In this document: positions 29,776 to 38,974 of the stretch, piece by piece
How the letters are laid out: every line of letters starts with the position of its first letter
Position numbering within the stretch: position 1 is the stretch's first letter
Assembly: GCA_963822965.1 (NCBI GenBank)
Contig: CAWGJT010000009.1
Location: 236,056 to 300,055, forward strand
Origin: an uncultured delta proteobacterium
Lineage (GTDB): Bacteria > Myxococcota_A > UBA9160 > UBA4427
DNA length: 64,000 nt
Direction: 5' to 3'
Notes under the pieces: generated by a model
Told to the model about the DNA's origin: nothing
What the model saw: the letters and a program-made list of their open reading frames with translations, nothing else
Database searches by the model: none
Translations under genes and position numbers: made by a program

Positions 29776-29791
29776 AGCAAGCTCCGTGCCG
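29776..29791 (-). promoter_or_regulatory. putative sigma54 -24/-12 promoter
   Basis: Minus strand CGGCACG-GAGC-TTGCT, near-consensus, 125 nt upstream of the PEP-CTERM ATG. Confidence 0.7.
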
Positions 29792-29955
29792 ACGGCTCGG
29801 GAACACCCGAGCCGCGGTCGCGGCGACAGAATCCGCTTCCAAAACGAGGGGTTGTGGCCTCGGGTGCCCCCGGCCGGGAGATGCGCCCCGGTGCGACTCC
29901 CTGCGGTGTGGGATCGCGAACTTCCCTCGCACTCCCTTGCGGCACCCTCGCCGGC

Positions 29956-29985
29956 TTGACCCGCGGCCGCCGCGTGGCCTATAAG
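29956..29985 (+). promoter_or_regulatory. putative sigma70 promoter (leaderless)
   Basis: TTGACC-18 nt-TATAAG, 8 nt before GTG 29994. Confidence 0.55.
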
Positions 29986-29993
29986 CGGGACCC

Positions 29994-31133
29994 GTGTCGG
30001 ACACCCTCCCTCCCATTCAGGTCGCCGTCATCGGGCTCGACCACGCCCACATCTTCGGCATGGCCCACGCGGTGGTCTCCGCCGGCGCCGAGCTCGCGGC
30101 GTTCTGCGCTTCGCCGGCCGCAGGCGCTTCGCCGGCCGCAGGCGCTTCTCCAGCCGCAGGCGCTTCTCCAGCCGCAGGCGCTTCTCCAGCCGCAGGCGCT
30201 TCTCCGCCCGCGGCGGAAGGCGGTCTGGCCGCCATCTTCGCGAAGGCGCACCCGGGTGCCCGGGCCGTGGGCGACCCCCGTGAGATCCTGGAGGACGATG
30301 CCATCCGGCTCGTCCTGTGCGCCGCCGTCAACGCCGATCGCGCGCCCGTCGGCCTCGATGTCATGCGCCACGGCAAGGACTTCATGACCGACAAGCCGGG
30401 CGTCACGGACCTCGACCAGCTGGCGGAGGTGCGCCGTGTGCAGGCCGAGACCGGGCGCATCTACTCGGTCTGCTTCAGCGAACGCTTCGAGAACCGCGCC
30501 ACGGTCCGCGCCAGCGAGCTCGTCGCCCAGGGAGCCATCGGCCGCGTCCTGCAGACCGTCGGCCTCGGTCCCCATCGCATCAACGCGCCGAGCCGGCCGT
30601 CCTGGTTCTTCCAGCGCGCCCGCTACGGCGGCATCCTCTGCGACATCGGATCGCATCAGATGGACCAGTTCCTCCACTTCACCGGAGCCCGGGAGGCGCG
30701 CGTGGTCGCGTCCCGGATCGCGAATCACGCGCATCCCCGGTTTCCCGAGCTGGAGGATTTCGGCGAGGTGCTGCTGGAGGGCGACGGCTGCAGCGGCTAC
30801 GTGCGCGTGGACTGGTTCACACCGGACGGGCTCCCGAGCTGGGGAGACGGGCGTCTCACCCTGCTCGGCAGCGAGGGCTTCATCGAGATCCGCAAGAACG
30901 TGGACCTCGGCGGTCGGCCGGACGGCAACCACCTCTTCCTCGTGGACGGAAGCGAGACCCGCTACGTCGACTGCAGCGACGTCGAGCTCCCCTACGGCCG
31001 GCACCTGCTGCACGACGTGGTGCATCGCAGCGAGACCGCCATGAGCCAGGACCACTGCTTCCGCGCCTGCGAGCTGGCGCTGCGCGCCCAGGCCGAAGCC
31101 CGGCGCCTGCCGGGACGAGAGGAGACCCCGTGA
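29994..31133 (+). CDS. Gfo/Idh/MocA-family oxidoreductase
   Basis: VAVIGLDHAHI, DKP, GGILCDIGSHQ, RVDWFTPDGL. Confidence 0.9.
   Translation: MSDTLPPIQVAVIGLDHAHIFGMAHAVVSAGAELAAFCASPAAGASPAAGASPAAGASPAAGASPAAGASPPAAEGGLAAIFAKAHPGARAVGDPREILEDDAIRLVLCAAVNADRAPVGLDVMRHGKDFMTDKPGVTDLDQLAEVRRVQAETGRIYSVCFSERFENRATVRASELVAQGAIGRVLQTVGLGPHRINAPSRPSWFFQRARYGGILCDIGSHQMDQFLHFTGAREARVVASRIANHAHPRFPELEDFGEVLLEGDGCSGYVRVDWFTPDGLPSWGDGRLTLLGSEGFIEIRKNVDLGGRPDGNHLFLVDGSETRYVDCSDVELPYGRHLLHDVVHRSETAMSQDHCFRACELALRAQAEARRLPGREETP
30106..30205. repeat. 18-bp in-frame tandem repeat, about 5.5 copies (ASPAAG)
   Basis: GCGCTTC(G/T)CC(G/A)GCCGCAG units. Confidence 0.9.
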
Positions 31134-32203
31134 GCGGGCGCCTGCGCGTCGCGGTGGTGGGGCTCGGGGTCGGGCTGCAGCACGTGGGCGCCTGGCGCCA
31201 GCTGCCCGAACGCTTCGAGCTGGTGGCGATCTGCGACGTCAACGAGAAGCTCGCGCGCCTCGTCGCCGAGAAGCTCGACATCCCCCGGGTGGAGACGCGC
31301 TTCGACGCCCTGCTCGAGGGGCCGGAAGCGCCCGACGTGCTGGACGTCTGCACGCCGCCCCACCTGCATCAGGAGATGGCGACGGCGGGGCTGCGGGCGG
31401 GCAGGCACGTCATCTGCGAGAAGCCCCTGGTGCCGAGCCTGGCGGCCTGCGAGGAGCTGGCGGGCATCGAGGCCGAGTCGCCGGGACGTCTGATGCCCAT
31501 CTTCCAGTACCGCTTCGGAGCCGGGCTCCTCAAGCTCCAACGGCTGATCGCGAAGGGGATCCCCGGAAAGGTCTACCTCTCCACCGTCGAGACCGCCTGG
31601 CTGCGCGGAAGCGACTACTACGCGGTGGAGTGGCGCGGACGCTGGCAGACCGAGCTGGGCGGCGTCATGACCACCCACGCGATCCACGCCCACGACATCC
31701 TCTGCAACGTGGTCGGCCCGGTGCAGAGCGTCTTCGCCCGCACGGCGACCCGGGTGAATCCGATCGAGACCGAGGACTGCGCGGCAGTCTCGGTGGTGAT
31801 GGCCGACGGCTCCCTCGCGACTCTCTCGGCCACGCTCGGCTCGCGCCCGGAGATCTCGCGCCTGCGCTTCTGCTTCGAGAACCTGACCGCCGAGAGCAGC
31901 CTCGCGCCGTACCAGCCCTCCTTCGATCCGTGGACGTTCACCGCGGCGAACGACGAGGTGCAGGCCGAGGTCGACGCCACCCTGCAGGACTTCCCGCCGG
32001 GACACGAGCTCTACGCGGGCCAGTTCGAGCGCTTCCACGAGGCGCTCGTCACGGGAGGCGAGCTTCCCGTCACGCTGGCCGACGCACGCGCCTCGCTGGA
32101 GCTGCTGACCGCCATCTACCATTCGTCCCAGACGGGTCTGCCCGTCGACCTGCCGATCGGCAGCGACCACCCCTGCTTCGGCGGCTGGCTGCCGCCACGC
32201 TGA
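31130..32203 (+). CDS. Gfo/Idh/MocA-family oxidoreductase
   Basis: GTGA overlap; VAVVGLGVG, HVICEKP, ELGGVMTTHAIH. Confidence 0.9.
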   Translation: MSGRLRVAVVGLGVGLQHVGAWRQLPERFELVAICDVNEKLARLVAEKLDIPRVETRFDALLEGPEAPDVLDVCTPPHLHQEMATAGLRAGRHVICEKPLVPSLAACEELAGIEAESPGRLMPIFQYRFGAGLLKLQRLIAKGIPGKVYLSTVETAWLRGSDYYAVEWRGRWQTELGGVMTTHAIHAHDILCNVVGPVQSVFARTATRVNPIETEDCAAVSVVMADGSLATLSATLGSRPEISRLRFCFENLTAESSLAPYQPSFDPWTFTAANDEVQAEVDATLQDFPPGHELYAGQFERFHEALVTGGELPVTLADARASLELLTAIYHSSQTGLPVDLPIGSDHPCFGGWLPPR

Positions 32204-32227
32204 GCGGCCCCGCTCTATACTCGCCGC

Positions 32228-33481
32228 ATGGCCGCGAGCGAGCCGTTTCCCATCGATCTGACCGATCTCGAGAACTTTCGGGACGGCTTCCCCCACGGCT
32301 TCTTCACGCGACTGCGGGCGGAGAAGCCCGTCTACTGGCATCCCCCCAGCAAGCACACGCCGGACCGGGAAGGCTTCTGGGTGTTGTCCCGGCATGCGGA
32401 AGTGGTCGCGGTGTTCCGTGATCCCGCCACCTTCTCCTCGGAGACCGGCGGCAACCGTCCCCAGGGCGGCACCTTCCTCGCCGACCTGCCCATGGCCGGG
32501 AAGATGCTCAACATGATGGACGACCCGCGCCATCGACGAATCCGCGGGCTGGTGAACCGGGGCTTCACGCCCCGGGTGATCGCGGGGCTCGAGCCCGAGC
32601 TTCGGCGGCGCGCGCGCCTGGTGCTCGCGGCGCTCGACGTGGCCCCAGGCCGGACCGGGACGTGCGACCTCGTGGCGGACGTCGCGCGCCAGCTGCCCCT
32701 GCAGGCGATCTGCATGCTGCTGGGCGTCCCCCAGGAACGCCGCGACGAGCTGTGCGACTGGGTGGACGCGGGCTTCGACCGGGACCGCAGCGGGGAGGCG
32801 GCGGGCGCCCACGCCAAGAACCTGGACTTCGCGCGCAGGCTGATCGAGGAGAAGCGCGCGAGGCCCGCCGACGACATGCTCTCCATCGTGGTCCACGCCA
32901 CCCTCGAGGACGAAGATCCGCCCGCCCTCACCGACGAGGAGCTGCTCCACTTCTACCTGCTGCTCTTCACCGCCGGCAGCGAGACCACACGCAAGGCGAT
33001 CGCCGGCGGCGTGATGGAGCTGGTGCGCCATCCCGAGCAGCTGGAGGCGCTGCGCGTCGATCCGAAGCTCTACGCCACCGCCGTGGACGAGATCGTCCGC
33101 TGGACCACCAGCTCGGTCTACAAGCGCCGCACGGCCACCCGCGACGTCGAGATGCACGGGGAGAAGATCCGCGCCGGCGACAAGGTGACCCTGTGGGAGA
33201 TGTCCGCGAATCGGGACGAGCGGGTCTTCGAGGATCCCTTCCGCTTCGACGTCACGAGGACGCCGAATCCGCACGTGGCGTTCGGCTGGGGCGTTCACCG
33301 CTGCCTCGGCGCGAACCTCGCACGGCTCGAGATCCGCGTGATGCTCGAGGAGCTGCTGGCCCGCTGGGATGCGATCGAGATCGTCGGTCCGCCGGAATGG
33401 ACCCGCGACAACCGGCTCTTCGGCCTGAAGCACCTGCCCGTCCGCTTCCTGCAGCGCAAAGCCGTTCGCTCTCCCGCCTGA
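32228..33481 (+). CDS. cytochrome P450
   Basis: MDDPRH, AGSETT, EIVR, FGWGVHRCLG. Confidence 0.95.
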   Translation: MAASEPFPIDLTDLENFRDGFPHGFFTRLRAEKPVYWHPPSKHTPDREGFWVLSRHAEVVAVFRDPATFSSETGGNRPQGGTFLADLPMAGKMLNMMDDPRHRRIRGLVNRGFTPRVIAGLEPELRRRARLVLAALDVAPGRTGTCDLVADVARQLPLQAICMLLGVPQERRDELCDWVDAGFDRDRSGEAAGAHAKNLDFARRLIEEKRARPADDMLSIVVHATLEDEDPPALTDEELLHFYLLLFTAGSETTRKAIAGGVMELVRHPEQLEALRVDPKLYATAVDEIVRWTTSSVYKRRTATRDVEMHGEKIRAGDKVTLWEMSANRDERVFEDPFRFDVTRTPNPHVAFGWGVHRCLGANLARLEIRVMLEELLARWDAIEIVGPPEWTRDNRLFGLKHLPVRFLQRKAVRSPA

Positions 33482-33521
33482 ACGGCGCTCCGGCCCACAC
33501 GGCGCTGGGCCGGCTGCCCGT

Positions 33522-34316
33522 TCAACGACCCTCGAACTCGGGCTTTCGCTTCTCGAGGAAGGACTTCACGCCTTCCTGGAAGTCGCGCGAGCGGAAGAGC
33601 GGCAGCAGCTGCAGGAAGACGTGGTGGACGTTGGCCTCGAAGGTCTCGTTCTGGCCCATCCGCATCATGCGCTTGGTGGCCTGCACGGCCAGCGGTGCGT
33701 TCTCGGCGATCTCGCCCGCCACCGCGAGCACCTCGTCCATCAGCTTCTCGGCGGGCACCACGCGGCTCACCAGCCCCATCTCGAGGAGGGTCTGCGCCTC
33801 GAGAGTGCGTCCGGTGAACATGATCTCCGCGGCGCGAGACCATCCCACGATGCGCGGCAGCAGCCAGGTGCCGCCGCTCTCGGGCAGGACGCCGCGCTTC
33901 GTGAACGCCGCGGAGAGCTTCCCCTTGTCGGACGCGATCCGGATGTCGCAGCCGAGGGCGAGGTCCATGCCGTAGCCTGCCGCGCCGCCGTTCAGGGCGC
34001 AGATCGTCGGCTTGTCGACGTTGTGGAGGACGGTCGGCGGCGCATCGCGCAGGTTGAAGCGCTGGGTGGTGCTGCCGATGCCGCTGCCCGAGCCGAGGCC
34101 CTGACCGGCCATCTGGTCCTGCAGGTCGAGGCCGGCGCAGAAGCCGCGGCCGGCGCCCGTGATGACGATGGCGCGGACGTCGGCGGCGTCGTCGAGCTCC
34201 ACCAGGGCCTTCGAGAAGGCGTCCAGCATGGGGCCGGTGATCGCGTTCAGGCGCTCGGGGCGGTTGAGGGTGACGATCGCGACGTGACCCTGACGTTCGA
34301 CGAGCAGCTCTCCCAT
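33522..34316 (-). CDS. enoyl-CoA hydratase/isomerase
   Basis: LNRPERLNA, FCAGLDL, ALNGGAAGYG, DFQEG..SFLEKRKP. Confidence 0.95.
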   Translation of the reverse strand: MGELLVERQGHVAIVTLNRPERLNAITGPMLDAFSKALVELDDAADVRAIVITGAGRGFCAGLDLQDQMAGQGLGSGSGIGSTTQRFNLRDAPPTVLHNVDKPTICALNGGAAGYGMDLALGCDIRIASDKGKLSAAFTKRGVLPESGGTWLLPRIVGWSRAAEIMFTGRTLEAQTLLEMGLVSRVVPAEKLMDEVLAVAGEIAENAPLAVQATKRMMRMGQNETFEANVHHVFLQLLPLFRSRDFQEGVKSFLEKRKPEFEGR

Positions 34317-34451
34317 GGCTCTTCTCCTTCGCTTTCGCGGCTTTCCTTCTGCCTTCCTTCTGCCTTCTCTGCCTGCTCTCTGCCTTCTCTGCCCGCTCTG
34401 CCCGGCGCCTGGCCTGCCTTCCTCGTCCTGGCCGATCGGTCGTGCGGTCGC

Positions 34452-36671
34452 TCAGACCGGCGCCACCTCCACCGGGATGCCGTTCAGCACGGCGTTGCCC
34501 GACAGCGGGTCGAGGGGATGCCCGTCGGTGAGGCGGTTGCTGTTCACGCCCGCGTGCTCGCGAGCCACCGCCAGCCGCGCGCCGTCTCGATCGTGTCCCC
34601 AGCCGTGGGGCAGGCTGACGACGCCCGGCATCACCTCGTCCGTCACCTCGACGGCAACCTGCAAGGTCCCCGCCCGGCTGCTGACCCGCGCGGTCTTGCC
34701 GTTCTCCAGGCCGAGCCTGGCGGCGTCGTCGGGGTGCAGCTGCAGCGTGCAGCGGTCCCGACCGCTCACCAACGGCGCCAGGTTGTGCATCCACGAGTTG
34801 TTGGATCGCAGGTGCCGGCGTCCCACCAGCACGAGGCCGGTCTCGTCCGGAGCCTCCACGAACGCCGCGAGACGCTGCAGGTCTCCCACGATTTCCTCCC
34901 GGGCGAGCTCGATGCGGCCCGATTCGGTTCGCAGCACCTCGGGCACCCGCGGCGCCAGCGGACCCAGGTCGATTCCGTGGGGATGCGCCTCGAGCCGTTC
35001 CAGGGAGAGCCCGTCGGGATCGGCCCCGAAGCCGTCCCCGTACTCGCCCGTGCGCAGCATCACGTCCAGCAGCGCGTCCGGCGCCTTGCGGTGGGCGACC
35101 GCCGCCAGGATCTCCCCCGCGTCTCGCCCGTGCACCTTCGAGCCCTCGCGCGACACCTGCTGCTCCACCAGGCCGCGCACCAGCATGTCGTGCAGCACGC
35201 CCGGGTCCGCGGACGCGCCCTGGCCGCTCAGCAGCAGGCTGAGCCGCGCCAGGATGTCGGCTTCCGAAGGTCCCTTCGCGGGGAAGAGAGGCGGCGAGTA
35301 GTTGGCGACGTTGCGCACCGAGATGCCGTAGAAGGCCAGATCGTAGTGCGAGCTCTCGAGCGACGAGGGCGGGGGCAGGATGACGTCCGCGTGGCGCGTG
35401 GTCTCGTTGCAGTAGATGTCGACGCTGACCATGAAGTCGAGACCGCCGAGCGCGGCGTCGAGGCGCTCGCCCTCGGGCGCCGAGAGCACCGGGTTGCCCG
35501 CGAACGTCACCAGCGCCCGCACCCGGTCCGGCCCGTCCGTCTCGATCTCGTCGGCCAGGGTGGCGATCGGAAGCTCACCGCGCACCTCCGGCAGGTTGCG
35601 GACGCGGCTGCGCCAGCGCCCGGTGCGGAATCCGCGGCCGCCGGGCTTGCCGGCGCGGGTGTGTGCCGCCAGCGGAAACATCGCGCCGCCGGGTCGGTCG
35701 AGGTTTCCGGTCACGATGTTGAGGGCGTCCACCGCCCAGGAGGCCAGGGTGCCGAACGCGACGGTATGGGTGCCGATGCGGCCGTAGACGGCCGCGCGGT
35801 CGGCTGCCGCCAGCTCGCGCGCTAGCCGACGAATGGTCTCGGCGGCGACGCCGCAGCGCGGCGCCACGCGTTCCGGGGTGAACCCTGCCACCGCCGCGGC
35901 GATCGCATCGACGCCGTCCACCCACTCACCGACGGAGCCGAGCGCCACCAGGCCCTCTTCGAAGACGACGTTCAGCATGGCGACGAGCAGCAGCGCGTCG
36001 GTGCCCGGCCGCACGAAGTGATGCTCGTCGGCGACGGCCGCCGTGCGCGTGCGCCGGGGGTCCACCACGACGAGCTTGCCACCGCGCTCGCGCAGCGCCT
36101 TGAGGCGGCCCGGGAAGTCGGGCGCGGTACAGAGGCTTCCATTGGATTCGAGGGGGTTCGCGCCCAGCATCAGCAGGTAGTCGGTGCGGTCCAGGTCGGG
36201 CACCGGCATCGCCCCCGGGTCGCCGAAGAGCAGGCCCGAGGAGACGTGCTTCGGCATCTGGTCCACGGTGCTGGCGCTGTAGAGGTTGTGGGTTCCCAGG
36301 GCCTTGATGAGGGGCCGAACGTACAGCGAGCCCGCCAGGTTGTGCACCGTGGGATTGCCGAGATAGAGCGCGACGGCGTTGCGTCCGTGTCGCTCGAGCA
36401 ACGGCAGGAGACCCCGCTCGATCTCCGCGAAGGCCTCGTCCCAATCCACCTCGACGTGCCGGCCGTCGCGCTTCACCAGGGGGCGTCGCAGTCGATCCGG
36501 ATCGGCGTAGAGGGCGCCGAGCTGCGTCCCCTTCGGGCACACATAGCCCCGGCTGAAGACGTCGTCGGCGTCGCCCCGGATCTTCACGACGCTCTCGCCG
36601 CGCGTCCGGATCTCGAGGCCGCAGGTGGCCTCGCACAGGGGGCAGGTTCGATACGAGACGCGGTCCGACAC
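34452..36671 (-). CDS. molybdopterin-dependent oxidoreductase
   Basis: CPLCEATCG...CPKG Fe-S motif, DPDRL, GANP..SNGS, NSWMHN, LHPDDA, PHGWGH. Confidence 0.9.
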   Translation of the reverse strand: MSDRVSYRTCPLCEATCGLEIRTRGESVVKIRGDADDVFSRGYVCPKGTQLGALYADPDRLRRPLVKRDGRHVEVDWDEAFAEIERGLLPLLERHGRNAVALYLGNPTVHNLAGSLYVRPLIKALGTHNLYSASTVDQMPKHVSSGLLFGDPGAMPVPDLDRTDYLLMLGANPLESNGSLCTAPDFPGRLKALRERGGKLVVVDPRRTRTAAVADEHHFVRPGTDALLLVAMLNVVFEEGLVALGSVGEWVDGVDAIAAAVAGFTPERVAPRCGVAAETIRRLARELAAADRAAVYGRIGTHTVAFGTLASWAVDALNIVTGNLDRPGGAMFPLAAHTRAGKPGGRGFRTGRWRSRVRNLPEVRGELPIATLADEIETDGPDRVRALVTFAGNPVLSAPEGERLDAALGGLDFMVSVDIYCNETTRHADVILPPPSSLESSHYDLAFYGISVRNVANYSPPLFPAKGPSEADILARLSLLLSGQGASADPGVLHDMLVRGLVEQQVSREGSKVHGRDAGEILAAVAHRKAPDALLDVMLRTGEYGDGFGADPDGLSLERLEAHPHGIDLGPLAPRVPEVLRTESGRIELAREEIVGDLQRLAAFVEAPDETGLVLVGRRHLRSNNSWMHNLAPLVSGRDRCTLQLHPDDAARLGLENGKTARVSSRAGTLQVAVEVTDEVMPGVVSLPHGWGHDRDGARLAVAREHAGVNSNRLTDGHPLDPLSGNAVLNGIPVEVAPV

Positions 36672-36720
36672 GGCAGACACCTCCAGGCGGGGCATTGTAC
36701 CCGCCCGGCTCGGGCTCCGC

Positions 36721-38736
36721 CTAGTCTCCCCCTCCGGCCGGCGGCGTGTACCAGATGGGGGACGTCCAGGCTCGTTCCTGGACCACCTTCGGGACGCTGG
36801 GATCGTCGCACGCGGGGGGTCGCTCGCCGGCGTCGAAGGCCAGACACTGCCAGGTGTTGTACCGGCAGCTCGGGTTCTCGACGACCCGGGCGTAGTAGAC
36901 GGCCCGCCGTCCCGGGTCGAAGGCGGGATCGTGCCAGACCGCGCAGAGCTCGCGGTGGCCGCGCCCGCGTGGCTCGCAGGTGGTGAGGTCCACGTCCGCC
37001 CCACCCTCCGCCGAGACGGCCACGTCGTAGACCGCCTGGCGGCTCTCGCCTCCGTCCTCCACCCAGCCCTTCACGATCTGGATCCGCTGCAGGTCGTTGC
37101 CCGGTGCCCCGGCCGTGCCCGGGTCGGCGCGCGCGGCCACCAGGAAGACCGGAGACGTGGCGGTGGGCGGGGGCCGGGCCAGGTCGCCGCCCATGGGTAC
37201 GCCGGCGGCGTCGGCCCGCGCCACGAAGTCGGCGGCCTCGCACAGGTCGTCGGGCAGGTCCCAGGCGCCGAAGAAGCGCGGCTCGATGCGCGGCCCGCTG
37301 GTGCCGAACACCTCCCGGCGGCGCATGGCGTCGAAGAGGGCGTTCCGGTCGTTCTCGGGAGCCCACACGCCGATCAGGCCGCCGGGGTTGTTCCGCACGT
37401 TGCCCGCGATCTCGCGGCTGGGGGAGACGCGCTCTTCCGGCGTGTCGTCGCTGCGACCGAGGTGGCCCGGGTACGAGCGCTCCTCGACGCCGCCGGCCAG
37501 GGCGTTGTGGGTGTCGGTGCTGGCGGCCAGTCCGAACTTGAACGGATTGACGCCCAGGCGCGCCTCCTCCTTCAGTCCCTCGGTCAGCGCATAGCGCGCG
37601 TAGCTGAGACGCGAGATGCAGTCCGGGCCGAGATGAGGTCGCCAGTCCGCCCAGCCCGACTCGCCGCACGTCGGAAAGTGGCCGGGATCGGAGAAGCGCT
37701 CGATGGCGGCGTCTTCGAAGCGTTCGAATTCGCAGAGCTCGTCCTCGCTGTCGAGCACGCCGGGCACGCCGTTGCGGCACTCCGAGTCGCCCTTGTGCTG
37801 CATCACCTCGACCACCGGCTCCATGCGCGCGCGCAGCGCCGCGCGCTCCGCCTGCTGCGCCGGCGAATCGGCGTCCGGGTAGTCGACCGCGAACATCCGG
37901 CCGTTGCTCAGGTTCGAGTTGTGGGGAATCGCGAGGACGTCGCAGCCGGTCCCGGTCTTCGTGCAGCCCGCCTCGAGCATGCGCCACAGGGTCCACTCCC
38001 GGGGTGCGTCGAAGTACGAGATGGGCAGCGCGGGAACCACCTCGTTGCGGAAGACGACGTTGCGGTGGAGGTTCGACCCCAGGCGGTGCGAGCTGTACTC
38101 GTACGCCACGAAGGTCGTCCGCTCGCAGCGCGCGCTGGTGTCGTTCCAGGCCTGCGCGGCGTCGATGATCCGCTGCCACACCGGCCGCGCGGCGCGTCGG
38201 CATCGCTCCCCGTCCGCGCCGCAGATCGCGTCGTTGCGCCAGGTCACGGGCGAGAAGATCTGCATCACGAGCCGCGGCGCGCGGCCTTCCCCCGCCCGGA
38301 ACGCCTCGCAGAACGACGAGTCGTAGCCCGCCGCGGCCGGGTCGGTGCACAGGCGGCTCTCGCCCAGGAACTCCGCGTGGTCGGTCACCGCGGCAAAGTC
38401 GAGGGGGCGATCGATGTGGACGCTTCGGGTGCCGTGCCCCGCGGCGTCGTTCGGCGGCAGCTGGATCGTGCCTCCGAACGCGTAGCGGTAGGCGTCGTCC
38501 GGCAGCAGGCGTACGTCGAACATCCAGGCGTCGCTCGAGAGCGCCGTGTGGACGTGGAGGTCGCCGAACCAGGCCCTGCGCAGGGGGTAGCGCTCCGCGC
38601 AGGGCGCTTCGGGAGCCGGACGCGGAGCTCCGTCCGGCACGCGATAGGCCTCCTCGGGAACGGACTCGCTCCCGCAGGCGACCCACAGGGCCATCAGGGC
38701 CGTCAGGGCGAGGAAGGCGGAAGCCCGGCGCTTCAT
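36721..38736 (-). CDS. DUF3604-family lipoprotein (PHP-like metal hydrolase)
   Basis: GDLHVHT, AAVTDHAE, NLHRNV, IPHNSNLSNG, STDTHN, QERAWTSPIWY. Confidence 0.85.
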   Translation of the reverse strand: MKRRASAFLALTALMALWVACGSESVPEEAYRVPDGAPRPAPEAPCAERYPLRRAWFGDLHVHTALSSDAWMFDVRLLPDDAYRYAFGGTIQLPPNDAAGHGTRSVHIDRPLDFAAVTDHAEFLGESRLCTDPAAAGYDSSFCEAFRAGEGRAPRLVMQIFSPVTWRNDAICGADGERCRRAARPVWQRIIDAAQAWNDTSARCERTTFVAYEYSSHRLGSNLHRNVVFRNEVVPALPISYFDAPREWTLWRMLEAGCTKTGTGCDVLAIPHNSNLSNGRMFAVDYPDADSPAQQAERAALRARMEPVVEVMQHKGDSECRNGVPGVLDSEDELCEFERFEDAAIERFSDPGHFPTCGESGWADWRPHLGPDCISRLSYARYALTEGLKEEARLGVNPFKFGLAASTDTHNALAGGVEERSYPGHLGRSDDTPEERVSPSREIAGNVRNNPGGLIGVWAPENDRNALFDAMRRREVFGTSGPRIEPRFFGAWDLPDDLCEAADFVARADAAGVPMGGDLARPPPTATSPVFLVAARADPGTAGAPGNDLQRIQIVKGWVEDGGESRQAVYDVAVSAEGGADVDLTTCEPRGRGHRELCAVWHDPAFDPGRRAVYYARVVENPSCRYNTWQCLAFDAGERPPACDDPSVPKVVQERAWTSPIWYTPPAGGGD

Positions 38737-38974
38737 GGCCGAATGCTAGCCGGGAGTTGCGCCCTGATGGCTATGACGCGATCCGGGCTAGCGTCGGGGC
38801 GGCTGCGGTGCGTCGTCCCCGTCGCCGCGCACGCAATCCTGGCCAGCGGCCATCCCGAATCGCCCCGCCGTCCGCCCCAGGGGCGTTTTTCGGAAACCCG
38901 GGCCATCGGTGTGGGGTCGGAGCGTTGACATCGATCCGGTCGCGAGACGAAGAGGCCGGACACGGAGGAAACCC

